Positions 28,748-37,555 of a stretch of 64,000 nucleotides of DNA are shown here, in pieces. The stretch is from Giardia intestinalis. Its lineage: Eukaryota. The stretch lies in NCBI GenBank assembly GCA_000002435.2, contig CM018793.1; one strand, written 5' to 3'. The notes beneath the pieces were generated by a model. That model was not told where the DNA came from. It saw only the letters and a program-made list of their open reading frames with translations, and did not search any database. Position 1 is the stretch's first letter. Every line of letters begins with the position of its first letter. The translations under genes were made by a program, and so were the position numbers.

Positions 28748-30994
28748 TTAGAGCATCAAGGATTCATCTGTGATTTGATCTGCATCATCGTCATCCACAA
28801 CTCGGGACAGCTCTAGCTCCAGGCGCTTCGCGTCCATCAAAGAGTTGTCAAGTCGTGCGATCTCCTTCTTCATAGTGTAGATGTCACGCTTAGTGGATTC
28901 TGAAAAGTTGTGGGCCATGCTGTCAAGCTGCTTGCGAAGCAGTTCTATGGTCTGCTTATCTGTCTTGCTCTCGTCGTACAGTTGACGCTGCATTCGTTTG
29001 AACTTGTCTAGTTCTTTATTAAGTAGAATATTTTCATTTGACAAGTCATCAATGATTTGCGTAAAGTTTTCAATTGTATCCATGAGGCCTTGATTTGTGG
29101 CTGCTACGGTAGCATCACTTGACTGTTTGTGTTGATCTTCTTGTTGGTTTTGCTGCTGTACGATGCTGTTTGTGCCCATAAAGATACTGGTTGTGTTCTT
29201 AGGGCTCTGCGCTACCTCATTATATGGTGTCGAATTGATTAGGGTGCTATTGTAAACGTTTGTCTCATTATCTGGGATAGGTATTTTGGCATTGAGGTGT
29301 TCGGAGTCGTTAGTGCCAACTACTTGATCATAGACTATCTCAAAAGCCCTTGGGGACTGAAGGCGCTGGGCTGAAGCAGGTACAGATCTCGTTAGAATAG
29401 AAGCTAGACCATCAGGGCCATCAATATTGCCCTTGAATTCTTCTCCTTCTTTATTGGCAGTTGACTGTGAGAAAAAGGAGCTATCGCTGCTGTTCCAGCC
29501 CAGCGATCTATCGTGCTTTTGATTAAGCATAGTAAGTAGCTTGGATTGCATCTGCTTGCTATAGTTAATATATGTGTTTGCAGCCTTAGAATTTGACAGA
29601 GAGCTGATGGTATCGTTTGTATTGACAGCTTGCTCCGTGTGAGATTGCATGGAGTCTGTACTTGCAGTCCAATTGTCCCTAGCTGTTAGTGTACTATTGC
29701 TGCGTACGGGCCTAGAGACAGGTCTGGATGGTGAACGTGGAGATAAAGGATTCGTACCCATGGACTTTACAAAGCTGACAATTATCTCGTTGCAGAGTGT
29801 AGTGACATCTCCTCCCGCACGCTTGATGCGTGGCGGACTACTAGTGAACGAGTGGACAATATGTGCCTCATCTTTTGCCATTGTTTTAGGAAGAGAGGTA
29901 GGGGTAACAGTTGCTTGGCGGAGTGCTGTTGGAGTTTTTTGATATCGAGGGCCACCGGTGGATGACCGCGGAGGATCGCTGGATTGAGCCTGGGCATGGA
30001 CCTGGGCCTTGAGTTGCTTTTGCAGAGACTCTGCATCTCGACGAAGCTGGTTAATATTAGTAATATACGAGTCCTTGAATCTTTCCAGTTCATGTGCGCT
30101 GTTTTGTATTGACTGAGATATGGTCACATGCTCCTCCTTAAGCCTTGAGTTAACAGACCGGGACGACCGAAGAGGCGAGGATCTAGTCGGAATGGGCGAT
30201 ATAAACAAGGCTTTGTCTGTTCGTGCGTCTGATGGATTTAGGGAGTTAACAGAGCGACCCGTTAAAGGCCGTAACTCAGCAATGGATCGGAGCTCCTTGT
30301 AGGGACTCAAGGAGGTTCCCGCCTGACCGCAAAAATCTCTATATGCCTTCTCTATATTGGGGTACTTATGTGCTAGATACTGAATATACTCGGTGGTCTT
30401 AGGGTCAGATAAACACATGCCAACAACAGATACAAGCTTGTCACACCACGTATTGGCCTCCACTGGCTCGAGAATCTTTGCCGTGGATAGGTTATTGTGA
30501 TAAAGAGCAAGATAAAAGGCGGTTTCTTTGTGCGAGTTGACAAATCCGCCCTCCTGGGGGAGTAGTAGCTCAACCGCCTTGTTCTGGCCGCTTATCGAGG
30601 CCAGCATCAGAGCCGTACGATCCCGTGAATCCCGGCGCATTACCTCATTGGGGAGAATGATTTGGATGATCTTTGCATGGTCCCTTTCGGCAGCTATCAT
30701 AAGAGCAGTTTGCATTTCAGAATTCACGGCTGAGTGACCGCTAGCAGCAAGGATTATTGCCACGTCAACACAGTTATATAGAGCACATACCATGAGCGGT
30801 GTGAAAGCGCCATCTAAAATCAGGTTGCGCTCGTACGGAATTAAGAATGATGCAATATCCACACGGTTATGCTTTATCGCATACACAAGCCCTGTTTCGT
30901 TATGTTTGTTGCGGGTACCCCGGTACTTAGTTGCATTAGCACGCACGAACGTGATATCCCCTGCTCTGATGGCATTAAACCAAATTTGGCTCAT
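28748..30994 (-). CDS. Ankyrin-repeat plus coiled-coil protein (Protein 21.1 / GASP-180-like family) with a Ser/Thr-rich low-complexity middle
   Basis: N-terminus 'MSQIWFNAIRAGD' followed by ANK repeats, then coiled coil (LQKQLKAQVHAQAQ..., and C-terminal heptads). ATG at 30994 with AT-rich upstream. Confidence 0.8.
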   Translation of the reverse strand: MSQIWFNAIRAGDITFVRANATKYRGTRNKHNETGLVYAIKHNRVDIASFLIPYERNLILDGAFTPLMVCALYNCVDVAIILAASGHSAVNSEMQTALMIAAERDHAKIIQIILPNEVMRRDSRDRTALMLASISGQNKAVELLLPQEGGFVNSHKETAFYLALYHNNLSTAKILEPVEANTWCDKLVSVVGMCLSDPKTTEYIQYLAHKYPNIEKAYRDFCGQAGTSLSPYKELRSIAELRPLTGRSVNSLNPSDARTDKALFISPIPTRSSPLRSSRSVNSRLKEEHVTISQSIQNSAHELERFKDSYITNINQLRRDAESLQKQLKAQVHAQAQSSDPPRSSTGGPRYQKTPTALRQATVTPTSLPKTMAKDEAHIVHSFTSSPPRIKRAGGDVTTLCNEIIVSFVKSMGTNPLSPRSPSRPVSRPVRSNSTLTARDNWTASTDSMQSHTEQAVNTNDTISSLSNSKAANTYINYSKQMQSKLLTMLNQKHDRSLGWNSSDSSFFSQSTANKEGEEFKGNIDGPDGLASILTRSVPASAQRLQSPRAFEIVYDQVVGTNDSEHLNAKIPIPDNETNVYNSTLINSTPYNEVAQSPKNTTSIFMGTNSIVQQQNQQEDQHKQSSDATVAATNQGLMDTIENFTQIIDDLSNENILLNKELDKFKRMQRQLYDESKTDKQTIELLRKQLDSMAHNFSESTKRDIYTMKKEIARLDNSLMDAKRLELELSRVVDDDDADQITDESLML

Positions 30995-31014
30995 TTTTGT
31001 TTACAGATTTAATC

Positions 31015-31677
31015 CTAATCCTTACGTAGCTCAAAGGTCCTCTCTTGGATTCCGTCGGCAGATATGCACATAGCAACAACTGAGTCTCCCGTATATATGT
31101 CACGTTCTGCACAGCTCCTAAATGCCGATTGAATCAGTTCAAAGGCAAACTCCCGAGTAATCTCGGCCTCGTTCTTTGACAATATGGCCTCGTCAAGTAT
31201 TGGGCATATCATGGCATTCCCTGTACCTGCAGAACCGTATCTGGTTCGCAAAGTTGAGCCAATTACGTCATATGAGTAGACAGCGCCCCTCCCTTCGGAG
31301 TCAATACCCGCCACAATGGATGATGTATACCAAGGGAAGGAGCGCCTGTAGTACATCATAGCGCTCAGCAATCTTATGAACTGCTCTATAGCTATCTCCT
31401 TTTGTGTCTTTAGATAATACTCTGTTGACTCTATCTTCATATGCTTGAGTAGTCGCTGCACATCCGCATGCATACCAGATGCGGCATAGACAATTTTATC
31501 TGTGACAGGAAAGACTTTACGGACATTACGAGAAAGGATGTTGTACCCCTCTGAAAGCCTAGTGTCTCCTGCAATCATGGCGAAGTCTGGCCCTGCAATG
31601 GCAATGATTGTTCCTCCATTGTCTATGTAAGGATCAAAATCGGGATCTTTTAACGGCGCATTCGACACCTCGGGCAT
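31015..31677 (-). CDS. 20S proteasome beta subunit (beta-3-like, non-catalytic type)
   Basis: 'DNGGTIIAIAGPDFAMIAGDTRLS...VFPVTDKIVYAASGMHADVQRL...IVAGIDSEGRGAVYSYDVIGS' aligns with proteasome beta subunits. The start is taken as the internal ATG at 31677, which is preceded by the strongly AT-rich 'caaaaataaaaaagATG'. The ORF track extends to 31779. Confidence 0.85.
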   Translation of the reverse strand: MPEVSNAPLKDPDFDPYIDNGGTIIAIAGPDFAMIAGDTRLSEGYNILSRNVRKVFPVTDKIVYAASGMHADVQRLLKHMKIESTEYYLKTQKEIAIEQFIRLLSAMMYYRRSFPWYTSSIVAGIDSEGRGAVYSYDVIGSTLRTRYGSAGTGNAMICPILDEAILSKNEAEITREFAFELIQSAFRSCAERDIYTGDSVVAMCISADGIQERTFELRKD

Positions 31678-31704
31678 CTTTTTTATTTTTGGTCCCTGCA
31701 CAGG
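31678..31704. promoter_or_regulatory. Shared AT-rich region (cttttttatttttgg...) between divergent starts 27 bp apart
   Basis: ATG at 31677 on the minus strand and ATG at 31705 on the plus strand flank a T-rich 15-mer. Confidence 0.4.
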
Positions 31705-32127
31705 ATGAGCTATGAACCAGCCAACTACAAAACCGCCATTCCAAAAGATCTTCCGGCTCAGCGGGGCTTTCAGGACCATATAAATGGCATCTTTAATTCT
31801 GCAAGCCAGTGTTTACTCACCCTAGCAAGTCTCAAGCTTGCAAAGGACTCTCAGGATACAAGGCCCGGCGTGGTTGATAAAAGCCTTCTTAAAACAGTCC
31901 AGTCTAACCTGGATGTGCTACGCCGCCTGCTTGCGTGTATAGCTGCGGTTGACCACACTACATATATGATGGCACGTATCATGGACGTGGCAACCATGCT
32001 CTTGCAGATTTCCAGTGAGCCTATGTCGGATCAGCAAGCCCGTAAGTTCAATGAGTGCTCGTCTACACTAGCAGACTTCCTAGACAGATCTATACGTTAC
32101 CTGAGTGATCTATTCAGTATTCATTAA
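31705..32127 (+). CDS. Hypothetical protein, 140 aa
   Basis: ATG at 31705 with AT-rich upstream. The ORF fills the interval between the proteasome gene and the TBCE gene. Confidence 0.4.
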   Translation: MSYEPANYKTAIPKDLPAQRGFQDHINGIFNSASQCLLTLASLKLAKDSQDTRPGVVDKSLLKTVQSNLDVLRRLLACIAAVDHTTYMMARIMDVATMLLQISSEPMSDQQARKFNECSSTLADFLDRSIRYLSDLFSIH

Positions 32128-32161
32128 GCAACAAGCCAGTGAAATGCAGAGTGATGGGTCC

Positions 32162-33976
32162 TCATACTCGGATGCGACACTCTGTTCCTGTGACGTCTCC
32201 TATAGGTGTGTAAAGGCTTAAGCTGCTTATATTTTCTCCATATATGCTCTTGCTTGAGGCAACCATCCCGTGAGACACATCTACTCCGTAAATCTCCTTC
32301 AGGATTATGAGTAGCCTCCACACGCACGTACTCTTTGGTAAAAGGATCTTCCTAGGACTTTTCTGTTTGGAATGGTGAGGCTCTAACAGAGTAATTTCAA
32401 TCAGCTTTCCACGGTATCTTCTTTCCACACTTGATAACTCCCTGTCTTCTTGCTCATCATTCCAATCACTTATCCCCTTTATTCCTTCCTCTCTTATCTC
32501 AGGCACAGACTCCAATAGATGCTTAATCCTACTTCCAGGTAATTGCAGGTCATGTTTACGTAAAAGAACAGAGACTTCTGAGGACTCCTTCCAATGCTTT
32601 CGGAGATCATCTCCACTAAGTTTCATGGCACCGATAAACCAAATGGAAATGTAAAATCGCTCCTCTGAACTTATGTCTTCGGCAGACAATGGTATCCAGT
32701 TGAGGACCTTGAGCTGTGGGCCCAGCACAGCAACGGCATAGGCCTTATGTTCTTTTCGTGGAACAGGTGCGCCGTTCACGTGGATCTCCTCATATATAAC
32801 ATCCTCTATTAGTGGGCAAAGCTTGTGCATCAATCGTAGGAGGCTAATATCCAAGCTTCTTCCAGAAAGGTTGAGTGTCGTAAGACTTTGAAATGTATGT
32901 AAGTAACTGCATTGCATAGAGGCCTCAATCATACACTTCTGCAGGCAATTAAGCTCTGAATGCTTTGTGTCTGCGCAAAGACTTAAATGTTTAAGCTTTG
33001 GAAATGCTCTAGCCATGGCCACCAATACTTCGGAAAGGGGCTGACTAAAGCTAGAGGTTGCAGACAATTGCAAGAGATCTTGGTGCCTAATCCAGGAAAT
33101 GTCTTTAGGTGAAAGAGCCCAAAAGTCAACGTGTAACTCAGTCAAGTTGGGTAGATAGAGCAGAGCTCTGAGGGAAAGGCCAGTAATACATGTATTAGTG
33201 GCGGTGGTATTGGCATCATGCTCTGGTCTGTGCTTCTGGGCATTAGTATAGATAGCGAACTGGCGTTTTCTACGCCTAAGTTGATGTAATATTCTTACAA
33301 ATTCTTGACGCTTGCTGGGAACACAAGTAGACATGTCTGCATTTGAATTTCTGGCTCTGTCTGGCTTGGTCTCAAACAGCTCATGCCATTTAACGTTGCA
33401 TCCATTCACCAAGATAACTTCAAGAGATGGAATTGCACACAGTAGGGTAAGCACACTAATAGGATCGTTGAGCAATGTAAATGAAAGTTCGAGAAAGCGA
33501 AGGTTAGCTAGGCGCGAAAATACAGAGAGGTCGCCTGTACTGGTTAGGTGCCCGACGTCATATCCTTGAAGATCGATGTCTGTTAGGTTTTCCAGATGTT
33601 GATGGTACTTATCAAGCTTGTCTTGCCCATAGAAGTGCACCCGAGTGTCTCGAATACCATCGGTAACGAACATCGTTTCTAGGCCGTTGACTTCGCGGCC
33701 TGTAACATATCGGTCCAGAATGGCATCCCATAAACTCGTTGCTGGGATAAGCCTTTTTACATGAACAAATGACCCATATAAAGGTGCACAATTGAAGTAG
33801 CGAGTCCCCTGGTATTCTCCGTCGTATTTCCCGACGGACGAATCCCACTCTACCCCACAATAGTTACTGCTCTGTTCCTTAATAGGTCCAACGTATCGTA
33901 TCGTCCCCATCTGTTCTGGATGCTCGCTGTGCCGTACTCTCTGGCTCACAAAGAGTGAGTCATTGGCCAAGGACAT
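32162..33976 (-). CDS. TBCE: Tubulin-specific chaperone E (tubulin-folding cofactor E): CAP-Gly, LRR and a Ubl-like C-terminus
   Basis: N-terminal CAP-Gly signature 'VSQRVRH...GTIRYVGPI....CGVEWDSSVGKYDGEYQGTRYFNC' (compare GVEWD...GKHDG...YF). Multiple LxxLxLxxN leucine-rich repeats follow ('LANLRFLELSFTLLND', 'LTELHVDFWALS', ...). The start is taken at the ATG at 33976 (MSLANDS...), which has AT-rich upstream. The ORF track extends to 34018. Confidence 0.8.
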   Translation of the reverse strand: MSLANDSLFVSQRVRHSEHPEQMGTIRYVGPIKEQSSNYCGVEWDSSVGKYDGEYQGTRYFNCAPLYGSFVHVKRLIPATSLWDAILDRYVTGREVNGLETMFVTDGIRDTRVHFYGQDKLDKYHQHLENLTDIDLQGYDVGHLTSTGDLSVFSRLANLRFLELSFTLLNDPISVLTLLCAIPSLEVILVNGCNVKWHELFETKPDRARNSNADMSTCVPSKRQEFVRILHQLRRRKRQFAIYTNAQKHRPEHDANTTATNTCITGLSLRALLYLPNLTELHVDFWALSPKDISWIRHQDLLQLSATSSFSQPLSEVLVAMARAFPKLKHLSLCADTKHSELNCLQKCMIEASMQCSYLHTFQSLTTLNLSGRSLDISLLRLMHKLCPLIEDVIYEEIHVNGAPVPRKEHKAYAVAVLGPQLKVLNWIPLSAEDISSEERFYISIWFIGAMKLSGDDLRKHWKESSEVSVLLRKHDLQLPGSRIKHLLESVPEIREEGIKGISDWNDEQEDRELSSVERRYRGKLIEITLLEPHHSKQKSPRKILLPKSTCVWRLLIILKEIYGVDVSHGMVASSKSIYGENISSLSLYTPIGDVTGTECRIRV

Positions 33977-34177
33977 TTCCAGTGTCAAAAGTCTAAAACT
34001 TTTATAAAGATAGAGCATACCATGCGGCCTTCGATAGAAGCTATCCCATTGGTGTTAATTATAAGTGAATATTAGGGCCTGAATTAGAGCGCTTATCCAA
34101 GCATCTGAGCTGACATAGCGTTCAGGGATCCTAAAGCATTTGTCAAAATTTCTAAATTTTAACAAGGCAGAGAGCAT

Positions 34178-37100
34178 ATGCCCCAAGTGCTAAGCGCCCA
34201 GGACTGGTTCCTGGCCGTGGACTCTAAAAATCACGCGGGAATTCGCGAGGGGCTTCGTAGATTTGCAGGAATTAGGGACGAGTTGGGAGATACAGCGCTC
34301 ATGCACGCCGCACGTTCAGGGGACTTAGCTGCCGTTAAAATTCTAGTGGACTATGAGAATTCTCTACTAAATTCAGTACAGCAAACTGCTCTCATCCAAG
34401 CCATCCTACAAGAACAGGTCAATGTAGTACGGTTCCTGCGGCCATATGAGAGTCACATTAACACTTCTGATAATCGCACGCCATTCATGGTTGCTGCCAG
34501 TGCTGGATGCAGTCAATCGTTGGCCATTTTGACCCATTATTTTGATCTTTCTACAAATCCAAATGGATTGACAGCGCTAGATTATGCCGTTTTGGGAAAC
34601 AATCTCGGTTGTACAAAGATTATTATAGAAACACAAGATGTGACACTAGATCAGGTAGATTACGCACTACAATTGTCTGAAAGCCAGCATAACAGAGAGC
34701 TATGCATGTACTTATCATCTGTTAAGCAATACATAAAGCAAAAGCTGCAGGGACGTGGCGTTTCGGGGCGAAAGCAGTTGTTCTGTATACCAACAAATGA
34801 GCTGCAAGAAATGGGGACAGTTTTGGACAAGGTAGTTAAAACACGTGTAGAAAGTGCTAGGCGTCCATCATCTGCTAAGGCTTCGCTCACAGTACACGTT
34901 CCACGTAGTAGAGCCCTGGATTCCTCTGCAGACCCACCGCAGCCAACGCTCTCTGCTCTCCAGACAACTCGGAATTCCTCTAAAATTCGGCTTCCAGTAG
35001 TAGGGCCATCTCTCACTCACGGGAAATCGGGATCGGTGGCCAAGTTTCTCCCAAGCGTTGTGCCTTCATCAGCTGTCAGTTCCTTTCTTCAAGCTCAGGC
35101 TCAGGCACAGACCCAATTGGTGGGGAGTGGAGTTAATGCATCTCTACTTTCCTCTAGCTCTGGAGGGAAGAGGTCATCACGCCCGTCATCTGCTAGAGCC
35201 GCGTCACGTCCAGGATCTGCACAGAAGTCACACAGTGTGCACAAGAAGACGAAAGAGCACAGAGAGAGTAGCTCAAGGCATAAGTACGATAGCACACACT
35301 CTAGAGATTACAGAGAATCGGATGCCATGACACTGATAACATCTCTAAATAAAGAGCTGAGCGTTAAAACATATGAGAATCTCCAGCTCGAAAAGGAAAA
35401 CGAAGATCTTAAGAAGACTATCGCCATACTCAGATCCAGTGGCCATTCTTCCGATGAAATGACTTCCCAGATGGATGCGCTGAAACGACAACTTGAGCGA
35501 CAAGATCGCATAATATTAGAATTAGAAGCCTCAAACAAAAGTCTAATGTTATCACAGAAGCATGACGAGTCAGTAGTGAATCCACCAGATCACATGGGAG
35601 TATTAAAAGATGAGTTTAGACAACAGTGCCTTGCCATTCACGAAAAGATCATTGAAATTTCTCAAATTCTTACTACAAGAAGGCAGGATCTTGCAGCACT
35701 TTATTCTTCTGCTTCTGGGCTCACTGTGGATAGTCTCTCCACAGACACCCCTATCAGTGCGTCTAAAGCTAATCTTGTACCACTAACAGATAACCTATTA
35801 TCTATGAGCAGTTCGTTACTGCAGGCACTTGGACTAAAATCCAATGATCGGGCATCTTTTGGCAATGCTCCAGCTGAAGCCCATACAGCAGAAGAGTCCC
35901 ACGCAACATCTAGCACAATGGAACCTAACTTATCACAAAACCAGCAGCTTTCCAGCCTAACAGCAGAGAATCAAGAATTGAAAACAAGATGTATAGAACT
36001 CCTAGAGTCTCTTACAATGGCACAGAGCGAGGTGGCACGACTATCTAGCCTGCAAGCTGATAACGATGTGACGCAGATATCTGAGCTTGTTGATATGAAG
36101 AATAGCCAGATAGGAGAGCTACGGAAAAGAAATGAAGCTCTTGAAAGTACAACTGCGGAAGTCCAGAATTTGTACAATGAACTAAAGGAACGCTATATGC
36201 ACGAGACTGCAGAACACAATACGCTTAAGAAGCTTCATGAAGTAACCGAGCGGGAGCTGGAAGAAACACGGAAAGCACTTGCAGGAAAGAATACAACCAT
36301 TAATAGTCTGATAAAACGAATGGCCACTCTCAGAGCAGAAGCAGAGGCTACTGGGGCTTCTGCGACGCATCAGGGTCATGGAGTTTCTGGTCTAACAGAT
36401 TGTTCTCTGGATCACATATTCTATGAGTCCTCATTGGCCACTGATGCACTATCCACAGAGAACAATCAGCAACCTCAGTCTACTTCATACACTAATGTAC
36501 CGATAGAGTTTCAATCTAAGCCAGAGCAGGATGCACCAGCTGTCTATCTTCGAACTGGAAATAGTAATGTTGCTGAGGCTTATGAGCACGCGCCTATAGA
36601 GTGTCAATCGCCAGTCAAGCCAGAAGGCCAACACCAGAAGCTTACTGGCTCGCCGTTTCCATTAGAAACAGAACATTGTCATTCTGTAACAACAGAGGTG
36701 ACACCCCTTATGAAAGCGATAGTTGAAGGAAATGCTCGGGGTGTTGGTTCTAGTCTGAAGTATCTACAAAAAACACTTCCCGATGGGACTACTGCATTAA
36801 TGCTAGCTGTACAATATGGAAGACAGAGCTTTATCAAGTATCTGCTGGAGAAAGAAGCAAGAATGCACCGATCTGATGGCGTAACAGCTCTTCAACTGGC
36901 CGTCGAATCTGGAAACGTACTTGCTATAACCGCCCTTGAAGACTATGAGGCGCCCCCTTTACCAGATGTGCCCACAGATGATGGTCGCTACACAGAGCTC
37001 ATGCAAGCAATCGAGGAGAATCGTCTGCTAGATGCTTGGAGCTTATCTAGGGTTCAGGCTGGCCTCCGTGATCCACTAGGTCGGACCGCGTTGATGCTTG

Positions 37101-37264
37101 CAGCTCAGCGTGGTTCTGTGTCCGCAATTCGCTTTTTGGTCGACAGTGAAGCACAGTTCCGAGACCACCATGGTCTAAGTGCCCTAGACTATGCACAGAA
37201 ATGCTTCAATCAAACAGCACGAGCAACCTGCATTACTATTCTTCAGAAGCATATTCATTCATAG
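34178..37264 (+). CDS. Ankyrin / coiled-coil / ankyrin protein (Protein 21.1 / GASP-180-like family), 1,028 aa
   Basis: 'MPQVLSAQDWFLAVDSKNHAG' plus N-terminal ANK repeats, a long heptad coiled coil (aa ~380-700), and C-terminal ANK repeats (TALMLAVQYGRQ..., TALMLAAQRGS...). ATG at 34178 after 'caaaatttctaaattttaac'. Confidence 0.85.
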   Translation: MPQVLSAQDWFLAVDSKNHAGIREGLRRFAGIRDELGDTALMHAARSGDLAAVKILVDYENSLLNSVQQTALIQAILQEQVNVVRFLRPYESHINTSDNRTPFMVAASAGCSQSLAILTHYFDLSTNPNGLTALDYAVLGNNLGCTKIIIETQDVTLDQVDYALQLSESQHNRELCMYLSSVKQYIKQKLQGRGVSGRKQLFCIPTNELQEMGTVLDKVVKTRVESARRPSSAKASLTVHVPRSRALDSSADPPQPTLSALQTTRNSSKIRLPVVGPSLTHGKSGSVAKFLPSVVPSSAVSSFLQAQAQAQTQLVGSGVNASLLSSSSGGKRSSRPSSARAASRPGSAQKSHSVHKKTKEHRESSSRHKYDSTHSRDYRESDAMTLITSLNKELSVKTYENLQLEKENEDLKKTIAILRSSGHSSDEMTSQMDALKRQLERQDRIILELEASNKSLMLSQKHDESVVNPPDHMGVLKDEFRQQCLAIHEKIIEISQILTTRRQDLAALYSSASGLTVDSLSTDTPISASKANLVPLTDNLLSMSSSLLQALGLKSNDRASFGNAPAEAHTAEESHATSSTMEPNLSQNQQLSSLTAENQELKTRCIELLESLTMAQSEVARLSSLQADNDVTQISELVDMKNSQIGELRKRNEALESTTAEVQNLYNELKERYMHETAEHNTLKKLHEVTERELEETRKALAGKNTTINSLIKRMATLRAEAEATGASATHQGHGVSGLTDCSLDHIFYESSLATDALSTENNQQPQSTSYTNVPIEFQSKPEQDAPAVYLRTGNSNVAEAYEHAPIECQSPVKPEGQHQKLTGSPFPLETEHCHSVTTEVTPLMKAIVEGNARGVGSSLKYLQKTLPDGTTALMLAVQYGRQSFIKYLLEKEARMHRSDGVTALQLAVESGNVLAITALEDYEAPPLPDVPTDDGRYTELMQAIEENRLLDAWSLSRVQAGLRDPLGRTALMLAAQRGSVSAIRFLVDSEAQFRDHHGLSALDYAQKCFNQTARATCITILQKHIHS

Positions 37265-37555
37265 GCATAACTTTCCAGTTTTATTTCGGGCTTCGCTTAT
37301 GTCTTGAAGGCTTCATTTTTACATATTACATTAAACGTATCGGATTGGATAATTTATTAAAAGTTTAAATTGCTATCTGTGCCCGCATCCTGTGTAATGT
37401 AGAATTATCGTTATACTGATTGCTTAGGGATGAAGACCTGCAGGTGCTCAGATCCCATATTTTGGTGAATACGTTTGGAGAAAAGCCTACCTAGGAGCTG
37501 TTGTAGACATGTAAATTCTACCTCAAAAAAGAGCTCATTACTCAGTGGGATTTGG

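Noticed and set aside
31678-31779. An N-terminal 34-aa extension of the proteasome subunit ORF (start at 31779), which would overlap gene 31705-32127.
   Set aside because: The internal ATG at 31677 has a much stronger AT-rich initiator and gives a canonical-length beta subunit. Using 31779 would force a 75-bp divergent overlap.
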